A DNA stretch of 63,594 bases, counting the filler, from Octopus bimaculoides (lineage: Eukaryota): the NCBI RefSeq assembly GCF_001194135.2. It is 9 parts of 9 records of this genome, joined end to end, with 100 filler letters (N's around TTAATTAATTAA, not from the genome) between each part and the next. Parts side by side here need not be neighbours in the genome. Positions count along the whole stretch, not along the records: positions 1 to 17,347 come from NC_069005.1; 8 more parts are not named here. The stretch is one strand, 5' to 3'. Within the stretch, counting starts at the first letter, position 1. Every line of letters starts with the position of its first letter. Positions 1 to 12,915 of the stretch are shown piece after piece. Position numbers and translations under genes: made by a program. Below the pieces are notes generated by a model. That model was not told the DNA's origin. It did no database searches and saw only the letters and a list, made by a program, of their open reading frames with translations.

Positions 1-59
<59 letters not shown>

Positions 60-341
60 TATATCTATATATACAGATATATATATATACACATACATAC
101 ATTCATATATATACATATATTATATGCATATAGACATGTACATAATGCATATAATGTATACACACAAACATTTGTATGTATGTATGTATATATGTATGCA
201 TGTATGCATATGTTTGTATGGCCACGCACAGGTATACATGAATGTACACGAATACACAAATATGTATGTGTATAATGTATATATATGTGTATTTATTATA
301 TGTATTTATGTATGTGCATGTATATATGTATGGATACATAC

Positions 342-395
<54 letters not shown>

Positions 396-482
396 ATATA
401 TGCCCACACACGCACATTTAAATCTATATACAAGTATGAAGATGTGTACGTATATATGTATATATGCTTTTATGGATGTATA

Positions 483-526
<44 letters not shown>

Positions 527-915
527 CGTGTGTCTGCGTTCGTGAATAGCCTTACACATCGAATGCATACAATAGACAATGGCTAAACGCAAAAACGCAA
601 TCCTGTACATCACACGCACACACTCACTCCCTCTCTCTCACACACATACAGATACACGCACACATAGNNNNNNNNNNNNNNNNNNNNNNNNNNNNNNNNN
701 NNNNNNNNNNNNNNNNNNNNNNNNNNNNNNNNNNNNNNNNNNNNNNNNNNNNNNNNNNNNNNNNNNNNNNNNNNNNNNNNNNNNNNNNNNNNNNNNNNNN
801 NNNNNNNNNNNNNNNNNNNNNNNNNNNNNNNNNNNNNNNNNNNNNNNNNNNNNNNNNNNNNNNNNNNNNNNNNNNNNNNNNNNNNNNNNNNNNNNNNNNN
901 NNNNNNNNNNNNNNN

Positions 916-977
<62 letters not shown>

Positions 978-1103
978 ATATATACACATATATATATACA
1001 TATATATATATGTGTATACACATACACACACACACATATACATATATATATGTGTATCATAATATATGTATAATTGTTATTTTTAATAAAATGAATTCAT
1101 TGT

Positions 1104-1146
<43 letters not shown>

Positions 1147-1255
1147 GTTATTATTGTCATTATTAATTTATTATCCATGTTATTATTATTATATCGGTAT
1201 CTATCTTTCTACCTCTCTATTTTTCTATCAATCAATCAATTTCTTTCTCTCTCTT

Positions 1256-1310
<55 letters not shown>

Positions 1311-1611
1311 CTATCTCTCTCTATCTATTTACCAATCTATCTGTCTCTCTCTGTCTACTTGTCTCCTTTTCTATCTCTATTTCGCACTGTGTGTGCGTGT
1401 GCGTGTGTGTGTATGTTTGTGCGTGTGTCTTTGAGTGTATCTATATATGCATGCACGTCTGTATATATAATATATACGCATACATGCATATATACACACA
1501 GGTACGTATAGATCGAGCATCTATCTGCCAATAAGATGTAAATCAGTTTTATTACTCACCGATTGAAAATACCGAGAAAGTCTTATTGAGGATTGAACAC
1601 ACACACACACA

Positions 1612-1684
<73 letters not shown>

Positions 1685-2049
1685 AAACAAACAAGCGAAA
1701 TATCACCGCCAGGTACAAAACGTCTTTTATTTGAAGGAAATATTTCAGGTGATAGTAAATTAAAATCAAGTTTTAGTTTAGCCGTCGCAAATTTCTCAAG
1801 TTCTGAAAAATTTCAACCATTTCTTCTTTGCCAATTTATTGGCAATTTAATAAGAAAAAAAAAAAAGAAGAAGAATTGGAAGACAACATTCTATTTTAAA
1901 GACTGGTCCAAAAATGGCGTCTATCAATAGTTTGAAAAAAATTTAGTCGCAAAATCTCGCGTTTTAAATCTTGCTTAATTCCAGCCAAGTTTTACTCCCA
2001 AGTTTTATCTTACCTGAACGCACCTTTCACTGATTGTGATAATCATTAT

Positions 2050-2385
2050 TGAGTAAGAGAGCAGTGCATGCCATCAAAGTGACACTGGGGTACAAATATA
2101 CAAAGCCCAATATACCCATCATGACTACCCGTCTGATGAGGGTACGCCAGGCACAAGCATCACAAGCAAATGTGTGCGGCATAGTGATCTTATATCAAGA
2201 TAAACAGTGCATGACCTTGCAGGTGGGGCCCAGTTAGAATTTTCTTCAGGCTGAGCCGCCCATCCCGCTCAAATGGTCCCTGAATAGGGACTAACACACC
2301 ACACATAGGGACTAACACACCACACTTTTTCAGTCCGAACTCCATTCTGATATCAGCACTGAAAGTATACATATGATTTTTTTAT
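2050..2385 (-). mobile_element. RLE RT fragment fused to the 47760-type repeat
   Basis: YTFSADIRMEFGLKKCGVLV on the minus strand, an approximately 22-bp tandem duplication (gggactaacacaccacac x2), then sequence homologous to 47760-48000. Confidence 0.75.
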
Positions 2386-3607
2386 CATCCCCAATGCTCT
2401 ACTTATTATTGTCATTGTTTTTACCTTTATGCCCAACACTTTGAATACTTTAATTTCGAGGTTTTTGTACTTCGACAATTTCTCCACTTCTTTTTAGACA
2501 ATATTTTGACCAGAAGAGACAGCAGTGTCTATCAGTAAGCAGTCTAATGACTGAAACAAGTAAAAAAACAAAAACAAAAAAAACAACAACAGCAACAATA
2601 ACAGACAATAACAGAAACGATCAAAATAAAACAGGAAAACAAATTTTTGTTGTTGCTGGAGTTATTTTATTTTTTTATTTGTCCTTTTTATAATTTTTAT
2701 CTCCCGTCATCGAACCGATTCGAAACGGCCGTTATGACCTTGAACCTGTTGACTCCATTTCAACCCCATATTTGATGGGCAAACTCACTCAACTTATTTT
2801 CCTTCAATTTAATCGAAAAAAACATTCCCTGGAATATTTCAAATGTTTNNNNNNNNNNNNNNNNNNNNNNNNNNNNNNNNNNNNNNNNNNNNNNNNNNNN
2901 NNNNNNNNNNNNNNNNNNNNNNNNNNNNNNNNNNNNNNNNNNNNNNNNNNNNNNNNNNNNNNNNNNNNNNNNNNNNNNNNNNNNNNNNNNNNNNNNNNNN
3001 NNNNNNNNNNNNNNNNNNNNNNNNNNNNNNNNNNNNNNNNNNNNNNNNNNNNNNNNNNNNNNNNNNNNNNNNNNNNNNNNNNNNNNNNNNNNNNNNNNNN
3101 NNNNNNNNNNNNNNNNNNNNNNNNNNNNNNNNNNNNNNNNNNNNNNNNNNNNNNNNNNNNNNNNNNNNNNNNNNNNNNNNNNNNNNNNNNNNNNNNNNNN
3201 NNNNNNNNNNNNNNNNNNNNNNNNNNNNNNNNNNNNNNNNNNNNNNNNNNNNNNNNNNNNNNNNNNNNNNNNNNNNNNNNNNNNNNNNNNNNNNNNNNNN
3301 NNNNNNNNNNNNNNNNNNNNNNNNNNNNNNNNNNNNNNNNNNNNNNNNNNNNNNNNNNNNNNNNNNNNNNNNNNNNNNNNNNNNNNNNNNNNNNNNNNNN
3401 NNNNNNNNNNNNNNNNNNNNNNNNNNNNNNNNNNNNNNNNNNNNNNNNNNNNNNNNNNNNNNNNNNNNNNNNNNNNNNNNNNNNNNNNNNNNNNNNNNNN
3501 NNNNNNNNNNNNNNNNNNNNNNNNNNNNNNNNNNNNNNNNNTATATATATATATGTATGTATAGCCATATATATGCGTATATTCATATAAATATATACAT
3601 ATATATG

Positions 3608-3665
<58 letters not shown>

Positions 3666-3819
3666 TGCATATATATACATGCATATATATACATGCATAT
3701 ATATACGGATATATGTATGTGTGTGTATTTATATATGTACGTATACGGAGACATACAATTGTTGACAAAGGTCTACAAGACCAAAAAAAGTTTGTAAAGT
3801 CTGGCTTAAATAGATTGTT

Positions 3820-3850
<31 letters not shown>

Positions 3851-4332
3851 ACACACACACGTCTGTGTGTTTGTGTTGATGAAGAAAAACGTGTTTTTAG
3901 TTTTGCATGCGTCTCGTTTGCTGAAATACAATTGTTTCCCAGTTGTTTATGCCTATGTATCTTAATTCTAGTGTGTGTGTGTGACTTCAGTTACTTCCGT
4001 CCCATTCCGTTAACAATTATATATTTTATATAAATACAAACATATACACGCACACATGTGTATGTATATACACATATACTTGCATATATATATATATACA
4101 AATATCCGTGCAAATATTCTGTCCCCCTCCTCACTCTCTCTCTCTCTCTACCTCTATCCCTCTCTTTTTCTATCGCTCTCATTATATTGTCTATCTCTCT
4201 ATTGACACACCCTCTCCAAATCTCTTTTCCTATGAACACTTCCGCCCATCAACTATCAAACGAATTCGCACTGGTAGCATTTCCAAGTCAACCAGTACAA
4301 AAGCTTATCCTTACTACTACTACTACTACTAC

Positions 4333-4395
<63 letters not shown>

Positions 4396-4403
4396 TAATA
4401 ATG

Positions 4404-4470
<67 letters not shown>

Positions 4471-5075
4471 GATGATGGTGATGACTTTGTTGATGATGCC
4501 GATGATAAATACTTACATAAGAGAACAAGNNNNNNNNNNNNNNNNNNNNNNNNNNNNNNNNNNNNNNNNNNNNNNNNNNNNNNNNNNNNNNNNNNNNNNN
4601 NNNNNNNNNNNNNNNNNNNNNNNNNNNNNNNNNNNNNNNNNNNNNNNNNNNNNNNNNNNNNNNNNNNNNNNNNNNNNNNNNNNNNNNNNNNNNNNNNNNN
4701 NNNNNNNNNNNNNNNNNNNNNNNNNNNNNNNNNNNNNNNNNNNNNNNNNNNNNNNNNNNNNNNNNNNNNNNNNNNNNNNNNNNNNNNNNNNNNNNNNNNN
4801 NNNNNNNNNNNNNNNNNNNNNNNNNNNNNNNNNNNNNNNNNNNNNNNNNNNNNNNNNNNNNNNNNNNNNNNNNNNNNNNNNNNNNNNNNNNNNNNNNNNN
4901 NNNNNNNNNNNNNNNNNNNNNNNNNNNNNNNNNNNNNNNNNNNNNNNNNNNNNNNNNNNNNNNNNNNNNNNNNNNNNNNNNNNNNNNNNNNNNNNNNNNN
5001 NNNNNNNNNNNNNNNNNNNNNNNNNNNNNNNNNNNNNNNNNNNNNNNNNNTCCTTACTACTACTACTACTACTAC

Positions 5076-5162
<87 letters not shown>

Positions 5163-5176
5163 TAATAATGATAATA

Positions 5177-5428
5177 ATAGACAACACATCAGAAAGTGAT
5201 AAATGCAGAATTTGTGGAGAAAATGGTGAAACCGTGTGGCATATTACCAGTCAATGTACAGAAAGAATATAAGAGACGTCATGACAATATAGCAAGGATT
5301 GTCCATTGGACAATTTGCAACAAGTATGGACTTGACAGAGCAAAATGTGGTACGAACATAAACCCTAAGGCATCAACGAAAATGATAATGCAAAGATCCT
5401 ATGGAATTTTATGATTCAGTGCGACCAT
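5177..5428 (+). mobile_element. R4/Dong-like (RLE) non-LTR retrotransposon fragment, CCHC zinc-knuckle region
   Basis: IDNTSESDKCRICGENGETVWHITSQC/KEYKRRHDNIARIVHWTICNKYGLDRAK..WYEHKP..KILWNFMIQCDH, with frameshifts. It starts directly after (AAT)n. Confidence 0.85.
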
Positions 5429-6272
5429 CATCATCATCATAAGCATTTCGTCCAGCGTGCTAACTATTCTGCCAGCTCGCCGCTTTGATAATAATAATAA
5501 TGATAATAATAACGATTTCAAATTTTCGCCACGAGGGCAGCTTGGGGAGGGGATTAAGTCGAATACATCGTCCCAGTGTTTCACAGGTACTTAATTTATC
5601 TCCAGCCGGCATATTCTCTCGGTAGCACTACCAGGCAAAGAATTTATGGAAATTGTCCATTGTCTCCGGGCATTAACGGTCGGAAAAGACCAGTCAGCTC
5701 ATTTTCTCGTCTGTGCCCAACGTCTCCACGAGAACGTTGTCAGTCTTTCCTGCCAATGTCCCTCTATAGAACGCCATGATGGAAAGTTAACAACTCATAA
5801 ATGGTGGTGCCCCAGTATGACCGCGGCCTTAAAGCTGCAACAAGTAAAAGAGTTAACTGCATTGCCGGATTGCTTGAGAACCGCGAGTGCTTGTCGACCT
5901 CCCAAGGGTCAAGCGCAGCATCTATCCTTGTTTTTGTTTGACCCTGGATCGCAGCGCGATGTGTTCGGTATGCACAATATGGCGGTAAGAAAAAAAGGAT
6001 ATCAGCTGCAAAACAATATAAATGTCTAATAAAGAATAAAAGGAAAATAAGGAAAAAATAAACAACATAAAAAATACAAACAATACATAATATGTTTTCT
6101 GGTTTAAAGGAAATCAATATACGTGTGTGTAGAGCGCGTGCGTGTGTGTATAAGCTCACATACATACATATATATATATGTATATATATACATTTGTAGA
6201 TACATACACGTACACACACGCGCACACTTGCGCACAAATACATACAATACATATACATTATACATATGTATG

Positions 6273-6350
<78 letters not shown>

Positions 6351-9227
6351 CATACATATATATGTATGTATGTAACAAACAGCTGTTAACAGGATGGGGT
6401 TACACCACTTCCTCCACCGTCAACAACAATCACAGCAGAACAACAGAAGCTATACACACACACGCACGCACAAAAATACACACATACATGCACACACACA
6501 TATATATTTAACCGTCTAAATGAATAATGATATTACAAAATAGCAGACGATGACATGGGTAAGAATCCCTTCCCTCCCAACATGACTATGACTAATGCAT
6601 GACATGAGTGAGCAAAAACGGAAATGACTAAAGAAAGACCAGTCAGCATTGGACAAGAAATTTCCCCTTTTGTGGCTGTTAGGGATCATGTGGCTGCTAG
6701 GGATCATGCTTTTATTCCAGGACAAAACTGAGTTGAGATTTTATTTTCAAGTGGAATGGCCTTGGTCCTGTGTGGTTGTGTGATTTTTAAATATGTGGAA
6801 TTTGAGATGAAATGCAGCTGTTGTGTCTTGCGTTGTTCGAAAGAATAGTTCATGTTCCATGTACTCGTGCTTCGTACTTTTTTGCTGTACACGTTTCACG
6901 TCGTCCTGTGCCCACATATGCATATATATATATATGCGCACTGGCTTTGAATGCGCACCCAAAGCCAGTGAACAGTAATTGACGAAACCGGTATGACTTT
7001 GAATGCCTTTAACAATTCATAATAATGACTTTTATTCCTCTTAATTCTACCCCAGTTCATCTAATTGTATATATTTATCGTTATTTTTCATAAAAAAAGC
7101 CTTTATTTATGTATGTATGTACGTGATGCATGTATGTATGTATGTATGTATGAATGCATGTATGTATTTATGCATGTATGCATGTATGTATGTATGTATG
7201 TATAACATCAGTTTAAAGGAATTCAGCTCCGATAACCCATACACGTATTGAGTTCTCTAATTTCTCTAGTCGTATTTACAAACTTTTAACATATTTCTAT
7301 GTATTAGTGTGCACATGTGTATGCGCGTGTGTATATGCGTGTGTGTGTGTGAATGCATGTGTGTGTACGTGTTTTGTCGGGATCTTTTTTTATTGTGTGT
7401 GTGTTGTGTGTATATGTTGTGTGTATATGTTGTTACTTCCGTCTCTTAACATCCTCACCCCACCTCGTTTTTGTCTCTTGAGACTCCAAACAGTGTAATA
7501 CACGCGAACCCATTATCACGTATCTTTGGTACATGTTTATGTTTCTGAATGTGTGGATGTATATATATAAATGTGCATATATATATGAACGTATATATAT
7601 ATACATATATACACATACACAAACACACATATATATAATATATATATATATGTGTATATGTGTATGTATATGTGTGTATATATATGTATGCATTTATGTA
7701 TATATGGGTGTATGTATGTATGGTTGTATGAATGTACGTATGTACGTATGTATAGGTATACACATATATGTGTGTATGTCTCTTTGCTAGCTAGCTGTCT
7801 AGCTGTTTAAATACGTGTATATATATATATATATATATATATACACAAACACACACACACACACACACACACATGCATATATATATATATATATANNNNN
7901 NNNNNNNNNNNNNNNNNNNNNNNNNNNNNNNNNNNNNNNNNNNNNNNNNNNNNNNNNNNNNNNNNNNNNNNNNNNNNNNNNNNNNNNNNNNNNNNNNNNN
8001 NNNNNNNNNNNNNNNNNNNNNNNNNNNNNNNNNNNNNNNNNNNNNNNNNNNNNNNNNNNNNNNNNNNNNNNNNNNNNNNNNNNNNNNNNNNNNNNNNNNN
8101 NNNNNNNNNNNNNNNNNNNNNNNNNNNNNNNNNNNNNNNNNNNNNNNNNNNNNNNNNNNNNNNNNNNNNNNNNNNNNNNNNNNNNNNNNNNNNNNNNNNN
8201 NNNNNNNNNNNNNNNNNNNNNNNNNNNNNNNNNNNNNNNNNNNNNNNNNNNNNNNNNNNNNNNNNNNNNNNNNNNNNNNNNNNNNNNNNNNNNNNNNNNN
8301 NNNNNNNNNNNNNNNNNNNNNNNNNNNNNNNNNNNNNNNNNNNNNNNNNNNNNNNNNNNNNNNNNNNNNNNNNNNNNNNNNNNNNNNNNNNNNNNNNNNN
8401 NNNNNNNNNNNNNNNNNNNNNNNNNNNNNNNNNNNNNNNNNNNNNNNNNNNNNNNNNNNNNNNNNNNNNNNNNNNNNNNNNNNNNNNNNNNNNNNNNNNN
8501 NNNNNNNNNNNNNNNNNNNNNNNNNNNNNNNNNNNNNNNNNNNNNNNNNNNNNNNNNNNNNNNNNNNNNNNNNNNNNNNNNNNNNNNNNNNNNNNNNNNN
8601 NNNNNNNNNNNNNNNNNNNNNNNNNNNNNNNNNNNNNNNNNNNNNNNNNNNNNNNNNNNNNNNNNNNNNNNNNNNNNNNNNNNNNNNNNNNNNNNNNNNN
8701 NNNNNNNNNNNNNNNNNNNNNNNNNNNNNNNNNNNNNNNNNNNNNNNNNNNNNNNNNNNNNNNNNNNNNNNNNNNNNNNNNNNATATATATAATATATAT
8801 ACATACACACATATACATTCATATGTACATACATATATACATATATACATACGCATATATGTATATATTATACATACTTTTACACACATATTTAACATAT
8901 CTGAATGCGTATATAAACGCATACCCACTGAAGACTTGTTGTACAGGTTGTATATTTTACACACACAAACACGCGCGCGCGCCCGCAGATAACATGCAGA
9001 TATAACATACATGCGTACGTCCATGGTATACACTCACTGACACACTCTCACCCCCCCCCACACACACACATGTTTACGGGTCTCTGCCGTTATTCAATAT
9101 TAGGATATCGAAAGAAGTTGATGATGACGATGATGATGATGACAAACGACGGCGATGACGTCAGCGACGATGACAACAACGATGACGACGATGATGTTGA
9201 TGGTGATGATGGTGATGGTGATGATGA

Positions 9228-9295
<68 letters not shown>

Positions 9296-10519
9296 TGTGC
9301 GAACACATTCCTTCATTCATTTTGTCAGATCACTGAAATAATTCTTTGTAAACCGGCAAATTAGAGAGTATTCTTCCTTCCTGACCCTCCCCCANNNNNN
9401 NNNNNNNNNNNNNNNNNNNNNNNNNNNNNNNNNNNNNNNNNNNNNNNNNNNNNNNNNNNNNNNNNNNNNNNNNNNNNNNNNNNNNNNNNNNNNNNNNNNN
9501 NNNNNNNNNNNNNNNNNNNNNNNNNNNNNNNNNNNNNNNNNNNNNNNNNNNNNNNNNNNNNNNNNNNNNNNNNNNNNNNNNNNNNNNNNNNNNNNNNNNN
9601 NNNNNNNNNNNNNNNNNNNNNNNNNNNNNNNNNNNNNNNNNNNNNNNNNNNNNNNGACGTATCGTTCGTTCTCCCCATCTGCGCTGCTCGTTGTCATCAT
9701 CTCCTTTTTCGATCTACATTCCTTTTCGCTGTGTTGTGGCATGCATTCAGTACATTTCAATAAAAATCAATCCACTTTAGCCAGTTCTACTCAGGTTAGA
9801 AGAGGTCAAGTCAGGTCAGGTCAAGTTAGTACAGGTCAATTTATTTTCATCGTATCGTGACAGAAAACCGAATACAAAAACGCAAAACAATATATAGTGC
9901 ACTTAAATCTCACGCAATTTCGGCTGGTTATACTCGAGATTGCTCCAATCTGGCCAACCCCAATGAAAAAATAAGCTAAGAGCATTAGATTCCTTGGAAG
10001 AAAGCAGCGAATGTATACGAAAACAAGGACGGAAAAAAAACCCAGAGAAATGTTACACAATTACAAATGCAATTAACAGGACATAACAACAGGTGTCTTA
10101 CAACTAAGGACGAATTAAATTAAGTTGGTGTGTGTGGAAGTAAAGCCTTACGGCAGGGACATAAGATTTAACAGGCACAGGGAGGAATATAGATGTTGCA
10201 CGAATGGTAGTCGAACCAAGAAAGAAAGGTCAGGCCTGGCCAAACAACGGTCATGTGGGGAGAGAAGAGAGAGAGGTAAAGGCAGAGGGATAGAAGAATT
10301 AAGGAGGGGCAAGAAAAAAAATGAAAGAGACACAGTGAAGTGAAAAGAGGAGGGAAAGTGAGCGTGAAGAGAAGGCCAGGAAATTTGAGAGAGGGATGCT
10401 GTGTGTCTTTGTCCCCCAACATCACTTGACAACCGATGCTGGCGTGTTTACGTCCTCGTAAGTGAGTGGTTCGGCAAAAGTGACCGATAGAATAAGTACA
10501 CAAATATACATACATATAT

Positions 10520-10562
<43 letters not shown>

Positions 10563-10563
10563 A

Positions 10564-10724
10564 CGGGTTTCTTTTAGTTTCCGTCTACCAAATCCACTCA
10601 CAAGGCTTTAGTCGGGCCGAGGCTATAGTAGAAGACACTTTCCCAAAGTGCCACGCAGTGGGACTGAACCCGGGACCATGTGGTTGGTAAGCAAGCTACT
10701 TACCACACAGCCACTCCCGTGCCT
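10564..10724 (-). mobile_element. tRNA-derived SINE (A box TGGCTGTGTGG, B box GGTTCAGTCCC, CORE-like block) with a microsatellite tail
   Basis: Pol III boxes are readable on the minus strand. A related plus-strand copy at about 26026-26220 has an internal duplication. Confidence 0.8.
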
Positions 10725-12860
10725 GTATAAAAATAATAAGTTTGTACTCTACAGAAGAACAGAGTAACCCATCAGATTAATGTAAAATTGTTTTTTATTT
10801 GTAACCAGACACAAAAACAAAAATTAACACATACATACATACATACGCACGTACGTACGTACATATATACATACATAAGCATGTACGTTTGTGTGTGTAT
10901 ATGTGTATGTGTTCGCGCGTGTGTGTAATTTCGACTGTGTCTGGCACGCGAATCTTCGGAGCTAAACACCCCTTTCTATTGGCTATAACTTGCTCCTCAT
11001 CTTGCACGGAACCCTGATGTTTCCTGTCAGATGATATCATTGCGACATGTGCTGATGTGTCTCTCTTCGGCCGTCGCTCATAGTCACAAGATTCACCTTA
11101 ATTCCACGCCCTCTTCCTCTAAAACAACCGTTAACCAGCCATTTTTTTTTTTCGTTAAATTTTTGTTGCAGCTAATTCCAACGTCAACCACTCCTACACA
11201 GACGGAACCACCCTCATTCCTGCCGAACCTTCCGCACCCAAATGTCCTCCGCATGCACTATTATCGTGAACGGGAGGCCGAGAATAAAAATTTTAAAAAA
11301 AGACCATTGTCCTGTCTCCATCCGAAGTACAATGACGTAATCACGAAATACCAAGCAACATTAACACCAGCCACCCCAAACTGAAGGTGCGTGCTAATGT
11401 GAAACCTCAGCATCACTAATCGAGATGGTATCTCTTGCTTTTTTTTTCTTATCGTTTGCCCTCCACTGGTTTCAATAATTGGACTGCGGCCATGCTGAGG
11501 TACCGCCTTCAAGAATTTTTAGATTCCTCACACCCCCTCTCACACACACACCAGTATTTATGTTCTGTTTAAGAACTGGTACACATTCTATCGGGGTTTT
11601 TTTCCATGAACCGCTATGAACCATTATGGTGGTGGTGGTGGTGGTGGTAATAATAATAATAATAATAATAATTATTATTATTATTATTATTATTATTATG
11701 AAAATAATAAGTCCTGAGGAATGAATATTCGACGAACAAACACTTGAAGGTGGTGCCCCAGCATGGCCACAGTCTAATGACTGAAAGTGAAAGAATAAAG
11801 GACAAAAGAATTTTAAAAAAAGTATTAAGCGATATGCATAGAAGAGAACCAATTCTATTGAGACGCAGGAATGGTTTTAGAGGGAAGTAGATTCTTTTAG
11901 AACAAAATCGTTCCTGGTTTGATCCTGTTCGCACGATGCGATGCAATGGCCGCGTGTCGGTTTCCGACAGGTCAACGCGTTATAAGAGGATTTCGTTAGA
12001 GGTAGACAATGGGGAAGCCTGTTGTGCGTGTGTGGGTGCGTATGCGTGTGTTTCCTTCTACCTCTCCTCTCTGTGTTCAGGAGTGTGTACATATGTCTCT
12101 TTATAATTATGCGGAGAGGAAGAGTGTTGACGTCAATCGTGTTCAATTTATAAATTTTAATGCCTCTTTCTCTCTCTCCCTCCCATCCCTCTCGCTCCCT
12201 CTCCCTCTCTCCCTCTCCCTCTCTCTCGCTCCCTCTCTCNNNNNNNNNNNNNNNNNNNNNNNNNNNNNNNNNNNNNNNNNNNNNNNNNNNNNNNNNNNNN
12301 NNNNNNNNNNNNNNNNNNNNNNNNNNNNNNNNNNNNNNNNNNNNNNNNNNNNNNNNNNNNNNNNNNNNNNNNNNNNNNNNNNNNNNNNNNNNNNNNNNNN
12401 NNNNNNNNNNNNNNNNNNNNNNNNNNNNNNNNNNNNNNNNNNNNNNNNNNNNNNNNNNNNNNNNNNNNNNNNNNNNNNNNNNNNNNNNNNNNNNNNNNNN
12501 NNNNNNNNNNNNNNNNNNNNNNNNNNNNNNNNNNNNNNNNNNNNNNNNNNNNNNNNNNNNNNNNNNNNNNNNNNNNNNNNNNNNNNNNNNNNNNNNNNNN
12601 NNNNNNNNNNNNNNNNNNNNNNNNNNNNNNNNNNNNNNNNNNNNNNNNNNNNNNNNNNNNNNNNNNNNNNNNNNNNNNNNNNNNNNNNNNNNNNNNNNNN
12701 NNNNNNNNNNNNNNNNNNNNNNNNNNNNNNNNNNNNNNNNNNNNNNNNNNNNNNNNNNNNNNNNNNNNNNNNNNNNNNNNNNNNNNNNNNNNNNNNNNNN
12801 NNNNNNNNNNNNNNNNNNNNNNNNNNNNNNNNNNNNNNNCTCATCAGCCATGCTGTATGC

Positions 12861-12915
<55 letters not shown>

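Noticed and set aside
10640-10724. tRNA genes suggested by A/B boxes (also about 31350-31424 and 32050-32125)
   Set aside because: There is no complete cloverleaf or acceptor stem, and the sequences continue into CORE-like and tail modules, so they are SINE heads.
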